From Gnetum montanum (Eukaryota > Plantae > Gnetophyta), in assembly GCA_015680685.1 (NCBI GenBank), contig MNCI01000520.1:479731-543730 (forward strand): DNA of 64,000 nucleotides, in the 5' to 3' direction. The translations under genes and the position numbers were made by a program. The stretch's first letter is position 1. Each line of letters starts with the position of its first letter. Shown piece by piece: positions 44,947 through 56,315 of this stretch. The notes below the pieces were generated by a model. The model had not been told where the DNA came from and searched no databases. It saw only the letters and a list, made by a program, of their open reading frames with translations.

Positions 44947-47900
44947 ATGGCTCCTAAGACTCATCTGGCGCTTGCAAGGGTTGATGAGGTGAAGAAGACC
45001 CTGGGGCGTGTGCCACAAGCGCACGTTGCGGCGTGGAAGAGCACACCATTGACCCAGTAGGTTACTATGTCTCCTTTGCATTTTTCATTTTACGCTTTCT
45101 GTTGTTCTCTGCTTTTTTTTATGTCCTATTCGTTTTGCGTCCATTCTTGGCTACTTGTGTTTTCTGTGGTCGCGTCATTTTAGCCTTTGCATCGCCACTA
45201 TCGTTGTTTTGGTTGTGGCGGATGCATAAATGTTACATCGTGGTTGCATGCAAGGCCATTGAAACCACCACCGCCGCGGTTGTCATAACCGTGGGGCTGG
45301 GGCAGTTTAAGCTACTTGACCCTAGCATGCCATAACGTAAAACCCTTAGGAGGGCTAGGCCATGTGTGATGCAGTAACGCAACACATATTTGTTTAGGAC
45401 ATGTCATCAATTGTTTTGTTGCTACACTAGGCTTATTCACATGTTCTTGCTACGCTAGGCTTTCATGCCCTTGCTACGCTATGTACGGGCAGAGGGTTGT
45501 GCTACGCTATATACATGGATTGCTAGACTTTGCTACGTTGTGCGTGTATTTCCTTTAAGTATGATGCTAACATTCGCTGATTGTGTCATGCAGGGCGGGG
45601 CCGAGGTCCAGGCTGATCGTTTTGGACATTAGAAGGGTCCTGTGCCATGTGAACAGACTTGTGGCCAACGCTCCTCCTCCCCAGATACATTTGGGAGAGT
45701 GAGTGGTTTGGTTCAGGAAAGAGGCACAGGACTTCTTGCAATTCCTTCTCGACCACTTTAGTGTAATCGTTTGGTTCTCCCTAGAGGAGGAGGAGGAGGC
45801 ATCTGGCATAACAGAAGCCATGTTGCCTGGGGCAAGTCGCAGCATTCTGAGATTTTTTCCCCCCCGGGCAATCATGAGCAGGCAGGGAGAGGGACCCAGC
45901 CAACGCTCAACAAGGTTAAGGCGTTTAGCTTGGATCTAGGACATGCCTGAATACAGCTGCTACCACCAGTACAACACATTGTTCCTCGCACGTTACATGG
46001 CGACGTGCTTTTAGAACCCACAGGGGACTGTCTATTGTGCTGGCGGGTGAGTTTTGTAGCCTTGCTCCGCTGTGTTGTGCAATGCTGGCCATATTGGTCG
46101 AATGCTAAGAGTATGTGTTTGTCACCAGGTTCTTTATTAATGATGATGGGGTTCATGACCGATTGGGTCTGCTGGCTACAGCGCAGCTAGCCCTACAAGA
46201 GTTCTCTTCTACCAAGAACCTGTGGGTGGGTGTGATTGGTCAGTGCGAAGGAGAATACCCTACCTACCCAGGCACGTTTCATGTTCTCTACAATCAGTGT
46301 AAGGAGAAGGGTTGGTTGGATAAGGAGTGGGAAGAACCCTTCAAGCCGGTCACGGTTGAAGAAGCTATGATGGTTGAACTCCCGCCATTCCCGTTACCAT
46401 ATAAGCCTGGTGGATCAAACAGTAGGTGTCACATGCTCAAGTGTTTTTTCAATCCATGTATTTTGTGTCGTTATGCTAAGCGTGTTTTGTGAAAATTGTT
46501 GCAGGGGCGAAGAAGCCCTAGGAGGTGACGGTGGTGACCACTGAGACGCAGGGGGCAAACATCTACTTCAAATATGGCGAAGTAGAAGCAAACCAGTGCT
46601 GGTTAGACCATGGGACCTCAGACTCCTTGGTCAAGAACGTCTGAAAGGTGGGGCTTATGGATCTGTTCGTGGCCCCGAATCTGAGCATTCCTACCACCGA
46701 GATGCTTTCCCTGGTCAACTCCTTCTCTAAGAGGACGGACCATTTTCGCATGCGCGTACGGGATGTGTGGGTGGTCATTGAAATCAATGACCAGCTGTTC
46801 ACGGACCTGTTCGGTGTTCCTGCCAACAGCATCCCCATAGGGTCGAAGCGCAAGCAGGAATTGACCCTTCGGAAGAAGGATATCGAGGAGTGGTTGAGGC
46901 TCGTTAAGGAGCGAAAAGGGTTCTCCATGGATAAGCTTAAGGGCAGACCCACCATGGAGATTTACCCGGTCTTCCGTGCCCACACATTCCCCCAACTGCT
47001 CACCCAAGGGAAGGTCCTGGGACTCGAGTAGGCCTAGATAATGCAGGAGGTTATGGAAGAAGGGACCCATTACAACTAGGCCAGCTTCCTATGTAAGGGC
47101 TTGCAGGTTGAGATTTTGGGACTCCGTGAAAAACTGGATTCTCACTCCAACATACACTATGCCTTCTACATAGGCTATCTGAAGCACTTCGTGGAGTTTC
47201 TGGTGGTTCGAGAGGATGAAGTCTAGGCCATGCGAGATCACAACTAGATTTCTAAGTCGTGGATTCGATAGATCCTCCAGACCACACGAGCCCAAGATCC
47301 CCCAGAAATGATCAGGAAGTCATTGTCTATAATGAACAAAGATCTAGTGGCTCACAGCGTTCATGGCCAGGACAGCATAGGAGAGACGCTCCTTGCTATA
47401 GCCGGTAGTGTGATGCGGGGGGAATGTCTCATAGCCGAGACTATGCCCAAGGAGTTGCGAAGCAAGAGATCTCCCCTAGCAAGGGAAACCCTTCGCGTGG
47501 AGGAAGAGGAGGGACGAAGATTATGGCTTAAGCTGCAGAGGACGCAACCCCCCATTGGTAGACGCTTTCATGTAATGCTTACTTTGCTATTGTTTGCTAC
47601 GCTATGTTGCGCTAGGTGGTGTAGTGTAGGGTAGCATCTGCTTTGAGCTAATTTGTTTTGAATCGATGCAAACATGCTTCTTTGCTAGCAGAGGAAGAAG
47701 AAGAAGAAGAAGAAGGCGATGAAGAAGTATCGGAGCTTAAGATGAGGCCGACGAATGATGATATGGAGGCCCCAGTTTCGGAGGAAAGGGCCTTGGTCAG
47801 GAATAAGGGAGCTCCTGTTTCTAGGGCAGGGGCTCTTGTCATTAGGGAGCCTCCTACCAATGAAGAGGCACCTCCCTTGAATAAAAAAGATGCTGGTCTC

Positions 47901-49374
47901 CTGAAAGGAAAAGCACCAGCGCATGAGGAAGGGGCTTGTATGGACTTGGCAGGGCCCTCTACCAAGGCTACCACCATCGTCTTGCATCAGCAAGAAGAAA
48001 GATCACAGTCGGATGCTAGTGAGTTCAGCGATATGTTTGCCTTATTGTAGTCCATTTTGGCCATTGCTGATATGCTTGGTCATGTAACAGGTGCTACTGC
48101 TGATGTCGTGGGATCCCCTCCGATTCGTGCGGAGTCATGGGCCGAGATCCCTGACAAGTTTACATTCGTGCAGGGACTTGTCAACAACATGATCAAATGC
48201 CTTCAACAGGCGGACCCTAACGCGGGTAAGTAGTAGTATTAAGTGCCCTTATGTTATTACAGTAGGAACTTTTGAGTTTGTTGATTTTGCTATGCTAACG
48301 TGATTGTTACGCTCTTCGTGTCGAGGCAGCCTCTTGGCTCAAGTGGGACCTGGCATGACCTATGAAGGTTGGCACTGTGCCTACACTCTCACCTGACGTG
48401 ATCTAGGTGCCTCATCGCACATTTGATGAGGCTTACAAGTGCATTTTGCACTCCCCACGCTCTCTGTGGGAGTATAAGCGCGTCAACGAGGACCTATGGA
48501 AACGGGTCCAAAGGGTTGAGCAAAGAGAGGCCGACCTGGTCACTGAGGTGGAGGATCTCAGGTCAAGAAACGAGTTCCTCGTAAACTGTAACCCTGATGT
48601 TGAGGACTGGCGCAAGGCTGTAGACGACTACGCTAGATTTTGGATTGTCATTCGTCAGAACGTTGAATCCACTCGCGAGATAGTCGAACAGCAGATGCAG
48701 ATGGACTTGCTAACCTAGAAGTGTCAAGACATAAAAGATATCAGCGCTAAGGTTTTCGAATGGGGGCGAACCCAGAGAAACCACAAACACGTGTACAAAC
48801 TGGAGAACGACATCCATTGAAAACTATAGAATGGCGTTGCTGTGGAGGCATTCACGTATGAAGCATTTGTGAATGCCATCAATGCTTTTGAGGCCTACAC
48901 TAAGTTCAAAGAGTAGGTAAAGGTTACGGAATCTCCTGACTTAAAAGTAGACGTTCCTATAGGAGAGACCGCAACCGCCTCCCTTTCCCCGAGACCTCTA
49001 ACATGGATGACCGTGGAAATGGAGAGAGCCACTGCTACAAATGTTGAACCTAGCGACAGGCGTTGGATGGACATGACGACAGAGGAGGTCTGGCATCACC
49101 TCAGGCTTGGTCTAGACCGGATACCCTTTGAGACCGGTGTAGGCCCCTCTCAAGTTAGTTGCTTTACTGTGTAGATGCTCATGCTATGTTGTAGTTTGCG
49201 TTTGTTACTCTAACTAATTACTTCATTCCTACGATGCAACCTCCAAATGAGGGTGCAAGGCCTGTAGAGGAATGGCATGAAGAACCGGTAGAAGGCAACG
49301 CAGGGAAGGATGATGCACAAGTAGATGAAGCGGAGGCAAGCGGCGAGGACGATGCAAACAGAGGCAACCCATGA
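44947..49374 (+). pseudogene. Antisense 7-exon accessory gene of the Tat element: FCP1/NIF HAD-phosphatase-like, plant-transposon-protein-like, acidic and coiled-coil regions
   Basis: Exons 44947-45056, 45594-46046, 46129-46421, 46505-47557, 47689-48225, 48330-49153, 49240-49374 total 3405 nt; all phases match; only TAG/TGA in-frame stops. The last acceptor reads CAA (inferred CAG decay). Confidence 0.8.
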
Positions 49375-49523
49375 CAGCATGGGATTTTCTTTTGAAATGT
49401 TGAAATTTTGTAAAAGTTTCGCAAACATTGCAAGCAAGTGAAAGTTTTGAATAAAGTGAACACCTCAGAAAAGAAATCGATTTTGCGTTAACTTGGTATT
49501 ATGTAAAATTTTCATGCTCTCAT

Positions 49524-49990
49524 ATGTTAGTTTTAGGCCATCTCGGGCCCTTGCTAGTTTTAGGCCATTTCGTGCCATTGCATAACATGCTAGGAGGATT
49601 ATATGTTAACAAAGTGAAAAGCAACAATGTTAGTTTTAGGCCATTTCGGGCCATTTCCACAAGAGATAATACATTAACAAAGCAAAAAGCAATGATGCTA
49701 GTTTTAGGCCATTTCGGGCTGTAGCGTAGCATGCTAGAAAGATGGCATGTTATCAAAGCAAAAAGCAACAATGCTAGTTTTAGGCCATTTCGGGCCATAG
49801 CGTAGCATGCCAGAAGGATGACATGTTAACAAAGTGGAAAGCAATGATGCTAGTTTTAGGCCATTTCAAGCCATAGCGTAGCATGCCAGAAGGATGGCAT
49901 GTTAACAAAGCGGAAAGTAACGATGCTAGTTTTAGGCTATTTTGGGCCATAGCGTAGCATGCCAAAAGGATGATATGTTAACAAAGCGGA
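49524..49990. repeat. Tandem array of about 76-bp units between protease and the accessory gene
   Basis: Unit atgctagttttaggccatttcgggccatagcgtagcatgccagaaggatg...aacaaag, about 6 copies. Confidence 0.9.
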
Positions 49991-50185
49991 GAAGCGGTGA
50001 ATGTACAAGGGATGGCAACTGGGAAGGAAGCAGTAGGGTTGCTACGCTATGCGTAGCTGCCTCTTGACCCATCGTGGGTTGATCGGAACGTAAGACCAAG
50101 GTGTTTTGCCAGGGCCCTCGTTCACATCATTGTCCTCCGCTTGGAAGGGCAACTCAACCCATGTGTTTTCGATTTGGGAGTCAGC

Positions 50186-53100
50186 TTACTGGGCCGATCC
50201 TTCTGTTCGATGGTTAATGCATGCATGAACAAGTGCCTCATTCTCGGAGGTTGTGACCTCTGAGCCCTGCTCCATGTCAACGTTACTGATTGCTTGTGTT
50301 GCTACTTCCTCACCACGGATCACCACCTCCCTGCCTGCATATGGTAAGTAGATTTCCTGGTGTATAGGCAAGGAAATAGCCCTAAGTTGCGCTAACCATG
50401 ATCCTCCCAAGATTAGGTTAAACTCGAGCATTTCCTTGACCACAATGAACGTTGCGTCTGTGGGGAACTGGTCCCCTGCTACAAAGTTTACGTGAACTGT
50501 GCCCTTCTCCAGGACATGTGCCCCGTTGAAGGACATCAGACAGGATGTCGTTGTGGGTTTGATCTAGTCGACCAATCCCAACTTGTCCACAATAGGGAAA
50601 GGAATGACGTTTGTGGCAGCTCCATCATCAATGTGTACCCTTTAGATCCGGTGTTGGCCGACCTGAATTGTGATGAAGAGAGGCATCGTAGTTACCTGAC
50701 CCCCTTCGGGGTCTTCCCTAATGGCATCATCACTAAAAGTCAATTGAGGTGTCATAGACTCTACGAGTACAAAGGGAAGTATGACCGAATGGATCGCTTC
50801 CTCTTCCACTGGCATGTTCTTGTCGATCAGAACTGTCGTTAACATGCGGATTAGAGCCCCACGGTGGGGTACAGATGTCATAATTAGGTCGTATAGGCTT
50901 AGTGTAGCATTTTTCTATTTTAGAGCTTGCTTGACCTGGGTGAGGGTGTCTAGAAGGTCTTGGATGTCCACTTGTTTGATGCTTTCCTCCTCTTCGATTC
51001 ATCCCAGAAGATGAATCTCCCGAGGAGAGGTGACTTAGGATCTGGGTTCAAATCCTTGTCGGCAGGGTGATGCAAGCTACGTAGTCATGTCGACCTTCGT
51101 CTTTGGGGGCAAAGGTGCAGATGCAAGGGGTGAAGACGTAGGCTTGGGGATACCCTTGATGGTACTTCCCTTCGACATCTTGTCCACTCGATGGACTTCT
51201 CACCTTGCGGGATGAGGAGGTTGTTCAGCTTTGTTGTGTGAGATAGAGGCCATTAAAGGTGTCGACCCCCTGATGACGAATGGAGCTAGAGGTGTTAACT
51301 GATGGGACCGCGTGGCTCCGCCAACAGGTGGAGCAAAGGTGGATGCCCGTGGTGGAACTTTTAGGATGAAAGGTTGCTGCGAGCTTGGACCAACTGTCGA
51401 TGATGCTGGTGCACTACGATGAGGCACGCGGATCACGAATGGCTGCCAGGGCGGCCCAGGATCACTATCAATGTCAATAGCGTTGATGACGTAATCGGCA
51501 TTGTTGGTGTTGAGGCAATCTGTGTAGACATACATAGATTGGTTTTCAGGGCCTACCAGGTTGCTTTCGTTTAGCACCAATTTTCCCTGGTCAATTAATC
51601 TTTGGATGTCATCCTGCAACGACAAACAATAATCCGTGTTGTGACCACATTGTTGGTGGTAGTCACAAAACCTGTCTAGCCTGAAACCCCTAGGAACTAG
51701 AGGCTCATTGGGTAGGGCCAAAGAGGGATTCCTAAGGAGCTCGTAATAGCATTGATGTCTCACGTTTGCCTCTTTTAACATCTGCTTATGTTGGATGTAT
51801 CCCATTTCCAGTAGTTACTTCAGTAGCGCTGAAGGCTTTAGAGGCAGTGGGGTGTACTTTGAGCGGTCTTTGCACTCAAAGTTGGGTTTGGGTTATGTAG
51901 ATGTCTAGGGCATAGATGTAGTAGGTTGCGACACTTGGCCCGATTTAGGCGTAGGATTAGTTGCTTGTGTGGCCAGTTTCTTATTATTCTTGCTACCGCT
52001 GTTGCTAGGTTTGGGCTTGGCCTCAGTTGCCATAGCGGCCACTGTGGTTTTTGGGGCTTTACCCTTTTCCTTCTTTACGAAGGTGCTCTTGTAAGTGATG
52101 TAGGCCGAGTTTTTGCTTGCCTCGGCCGCGTCTTGTAAGCTCTTAGTTTGAGCGAAAGCCTAACTAAGAGAGTGAGGAGCGAGGTAGTACAATTTAGACT
52201 TAATGAAGGCATTCACTGCATCCTTAAAGATGGCCAGCAAGTGGGCCTCCGCGATGGGCTAGTGGATTTCGTTAAGGGTTGCGCTCCAATTTTGAATGAA
52301 CTTTTGGACTGGTTCTAGCGGGTCTTGCTTCACGCTCATTAGCTGATCTAGTGTGGTTTCTGGCTTCAAGTTGTACTTGAAGCGTGTCACGAACTGGGTT
52401 AGCAGCTCTTCCAAAGTTGAAATGGATGAGTGTGGCAACGCACAGTACCAATCTAAAGCTTTCTCGGCTAGGGACATGGCGAAGACGCGAATGATCGTGT
52501 GCAGCCATTATTGCAATAGCAAAGATTCAAACCTGAAGGTAATAAGATGCTCGTTGGGATCTCCTTCCCCATCGTACTTCGTAAAGTGTGGAAGAGACAT
52601 CCCTAGGGGTAACGTCAAAGTAGGGATTGCAGGGTTGACGGGGTTGTCTTGGTAAAAGTCTATGACTTGTACCATGTCAGACCCAACAGCTTTGAGGCAT
52701 TTTATTTCCTTAGTGAGGGTCTGGATGAGTTGAAACGCTTGGTCCAGACCCGACGATGTTGTAGACGGTTGAGGGGCTGCAGAGGTAGCTCCCACATGTG
52801 GCATGGCGGGGGTGGTGGTGTGATCCATTAGTGGTACCGTTGGGATGACCCCCGCGAGCGGTGCTGCTTGTGTTATCCACCACTTGGTAGGTGGTATTGT
52901 TAGGGCAGCAACCACAGGTTGGGTTGTTGGATGAACCACTTGTATCGCCGGCAGCGTAGACCATAGCCCTGTGTTGGGTTGTACCACCTGTGAGGCTTGG
53001 TGTACTTGAGGGTGCATGTAGTGAGACTTCTGCGATGGTTGTAGAATAGGCGAAGAAGCGAATGGGGCCCACCATGTGGACGGGCCGGGGCCCGCCACAA

Positions 53101-53890
53101 TGGGTGGAATTGACGTGAATGTAGGAATAGAGGTAGAAGTCGCGTACGATTGCGATGTAGGTATAGTATGCACATGTGGTAGGGTAGCCGCAATTGGTGT
53201 ATGCTGCACTACAGGAATGGATTGTTGGATAGTCTGCAAAGGGATAGTAGCTGCAAACGGAACAAGTGCAACAGGCGAGAGCGGGCATTGAAACGCCGTA
53301 GGATTGGAGTGGCTACCCATAGCAGCAGTAATCACGGGTTGTGGAAATGTAGGCATAATTACAAAGGGAGTGGTAGCAGACACTAGCTTGGCCCAGAAGG
53401 ACTAGGTAGGAGGGATAGGAGCGGGGTCAATTGGACCTCCCTCGTCCGATTGGGAATCGAGTTCCTCCTATCCATCTTGGAAAGCGTCATCTTGGTTGGA
53501 CGCTGTGTCTTGTTGCTCCCTAAGCCTAGTCAACTGGATTAGTTTGTCTAGAAGCCTTTGCTACGCTTGTGTTAAAGGCAAAGAAACGCTAGGGGTAGGA
53601 ACGAATTCCTTCCTGTTGCAATAAGCAAACTTGAAGCTATGTTTGTCCTTAAGTTCGTAAACATCCAAGGGCAGACTAGCCTGCACCTTTGCACAAAGAA
53701 AACTGTAACGCTCATGTTGCTAGGCTAATCCCTTATGTTCTCGATTTTGGATTCTGAGAGATCGATGTGCCTCCAGTGTCGGATTTAGTGGTTGTTCGAC
53801 ACCAGTAGTGCCTTGAACCGTGATGGGAACTTCAACGTTGAAGGGAACTTCCACATTGAAGGCATTGGTAGCAGTAGTTGAAAAAGCCAT
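50186..53890 (-). pseudogene. Tat gag-protease, one reading frame with in-frame stops
   Basis: ORF pieces starting at 53932, 53383, 52477, 51805, 50881 and 50536 share a frame; KYDGEGDPNEHL, SLAEKALDWY, CDYHQQCGHNTDYC knuckle, protease IDDGAATN and FNLILGGSW. Confidence 0.93.
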
Positions 53891-54095
53891 TGTTAAGCAA
53901 GTAGTTATGCAAAAAATGCAAAAGTTACGCAAAAGAGTGCTAACGAAAAAGGAAACCAGAAAACAACAAAAAAGAAGAAGAAGGCTTTACGTTTTGCCGG
54001 ATTCTAGAGGTACCGTCGGGGCGATCGACCTACACCACACAAGGCGTAAACAACCACAAATGGGTGTCACGTTTACGCTAGTGCGTGATAGGGTG

Positions 54096-54450
54096 TAGAA
54101 CACGTGCAAGACTACCGTAAGAAAAGAAAGCTAGCTAGCGACCAAGAAGGCTTTGTGTCTCGTAGGATCCCTGAGGGACCATCGAAGCAACCGCTCTGTA
54201 CCATGCGAGATGGGGGTACAGAACGCATGCAAGACTACCATAAGATGGACAAGCTAACTAGTGGTCAAGAAGGCTTTGTATCTCGTAGGATTCCCGAGGG
54301 ACCGTCAAAGCGATCGCTTTGTACCATGCGAGATGGGGTACAGAACGCATGCAATACTACCGTAAGATGAGCTAGTTAGCTAGCGATCGGAGGCCTTGTG
54401 TTTTGTAGGGCTCCCGAGGAACCATCAAGGCGACCGATCTGCACCGCACA
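54096..54450. repeat. Tandem repeats of about 122 bp in the Tat 5' leader
   Basis: gaacgcatgcaagactaccgtaag...tgtaccatgcgagatgggg, about 3 copies. Confidence 0.85.
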
Positions 54451-54550
54451 AAGTGCAAACAACCACAAAGGGTGTCATGTTTACGCTTATGCATATCAGG
54501 GTGCAGAAGGCTCACAAAACTACCTTGACACTTAGAAAAGGCACCAAAAG

Positions 54551-54568
54551 GCCCTCCTTCTAGCACTA
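54551..54568 (-). promoter_or_regulatory. Primer-binding site of the Tat element
   Basis: Minus strand tagtgctagaaggagggc, 6 nt from the 5' LTR; resembles the tggcgctagaaggaggg PBS of Tat-lineage elements with two transitions. Confidence 0.75.
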
Positions 54569-54574
54569 GAAAAC

Positions 54575-56258
54575 TTTAGCGACCAAAAATGTCGTGGCTG
54601 GAAAACACCAAGGGGTCGGCGGGCATGACAGTTTTGACCTTGTACCCGCAGGAGGGCTGTGCTGGGTGTGTGCGGATACAGTGCACCCTGAACGATCTGG
54701 TCAATCAGACAGGGACTTAATTGGCATCTATATAGCCTTTTGCAACGTATATTTTTGAAACAGGAACAGAAATGCAAAGTAATGCTTGAAAGTGAATAAA
54801 ATAGGAAAACAGTGCAAAACACAACAATAAGTAGGAAACAAAGTAAAATGCGGTTAGAAAAATGCACCACTCTGAGGCTACAAGCTTGCTGTATCGAGGT
54901 GGATATAGTCGATTGCACAGTGTGGTGGAGTGCAGAGATCCCGAGAGTAACCAGGACGTGTAGAGAAAAACAGGTTGTGCGCTTGGGTGCGGCCTTAGGC
55001 GCTGACAATGCAAGGATTCTACCAAGGTGGTAGAATGGGGATGGAGCAAGATACCAGCTAAAAATGCTAACTATTTGCAATGTCAAACAGAAAGCTTACA
55101 ATGCTTGATGTTACAATGTGCCAGAAAGAGAACTTAAGTGCCAGAGAGAGGAAAAGTCAAAGAATCCAGAAAATCTTCGAGCTTTCTGAATGCTACTAGT
55201 TGGAAAAAATTCAAACTGTTTGAATGTTGTTTTTTTTAGGAAATTTCCAACTGGCCTTTTGAATGCTGCTCGTTGGGGTATTTATAGGGCTAAAGGGCAC
55301 ACGAAAGGGGCGGTTTGGATGCCACGTGCCCTGGGCCCACGTTGACTTGTTGGTGCCACACGTGCCATGTATGACCGTTGGACCTGCAAGACCATTGTAA
55401 TGCAAGCCTGTTATGCTATAACTGTGAGCCTGCCACGCTGTAATTGCACCGTTAGCATCTAGAGACGTGTGCCAATGGTCTAATTAGGTGAAGTGCATTG
55501 ATGTCACACAACCACTCGCATGCCCTACTATGCTTTGTAGCATAGCATGCTTGGCGTAGTGTAGCACCTTGTTGTGCGTTCCGCTACATGTGTGTTGCAT
55601 GCTTGCTACGCTATGCTATGCTACGTAGTGTAGCAACTAGTCTTAGTCGCGAAAGCTTTGCCGATTTGCAAACTTTGCTTCTTGTGATGCAAGATTTGTG
55701 AACTTTGCTGATTCTGCCCTTTGAGCTACCTTCTATCTCTTCTGCAAGATTGCTACACCTCGCTGCGCCATGTAGCTCAGCGTAGTGTAGTAGCAGACAT
55801 GGACCATTCCTGATGGAAAGAGACATTGTTGAAGGACTTGAAATTGGGCGAAGGAAAACTAGCTGTGAAGCTGTTGCCATGCTATGCTATGTCACATGGT
55901 GTAGCGTAGCGTAGCAGTTCGTTCTGCATTTGTCTTCTAAAGCTTGCTACGCTACATAGCAAGGCATAGCATAGCATAGCAGACTTCACGACTTAGAAAA
56001 CTTGCTGAACTATTTTTGCACATCCAGAATGCTGTTGCCAACTCCGTGCATCGTTTCTGAGCAGGCTGTCGGTTGGGCAAGCTACTTGGGTGGACAGGCA
56101 GGGTGACCCGTAGAGCTTTTTCATGCCCAAACTAGAAAATTTGCTGAACTGGTCGGCCTGAACTCAGAATGTTCTCCTCCTGAAGAACTGCCATAGTGTT
56201 GCGCAAATTGCAAGGCCTGGTGAAGTGAGAATGACCTCACATATTTTGGGGTGTTTCG
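54575..56258 (-). repeat. Tat element 5' LTR
   Basis: Collinear with 37494-39182; termini read TT...CG on the + strand rather than TG...CA; followed by the TSD GGAAG. Confidence 0.93.
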
Positions 56259-56315
56259 GGAAGGATTTCGAATCATTTTATAATTTCCTTTTATCAATTA
56301 TTCTAACTACTAAAG

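Larger units (their letters stand above)
37494..56258 (-). mobile_element. Full-length Tat/Ogre-type Ty3/gypsy LTR retrotransposon (18.8 kb)
   Basis: Two LTRs of about 1.69 kb; 5-bp TSD GGAAG (37489-37493 / 56259-56263); PBS and PPT present; gag-PR ... RT-RH-aRH-INT order on the minus strand. Confidence 0.95.

Noticed and set aside
44947-49374. Treating the spliced gene as an ordinary host gene or a nested DNA transposon
   Set aside because: It lies between TSD-bounded LTRs, shows the same decay pattern and GCTACGCTA motif as the element, and I saw no TIR or TSD of its own. Not fully excluded without other copies.
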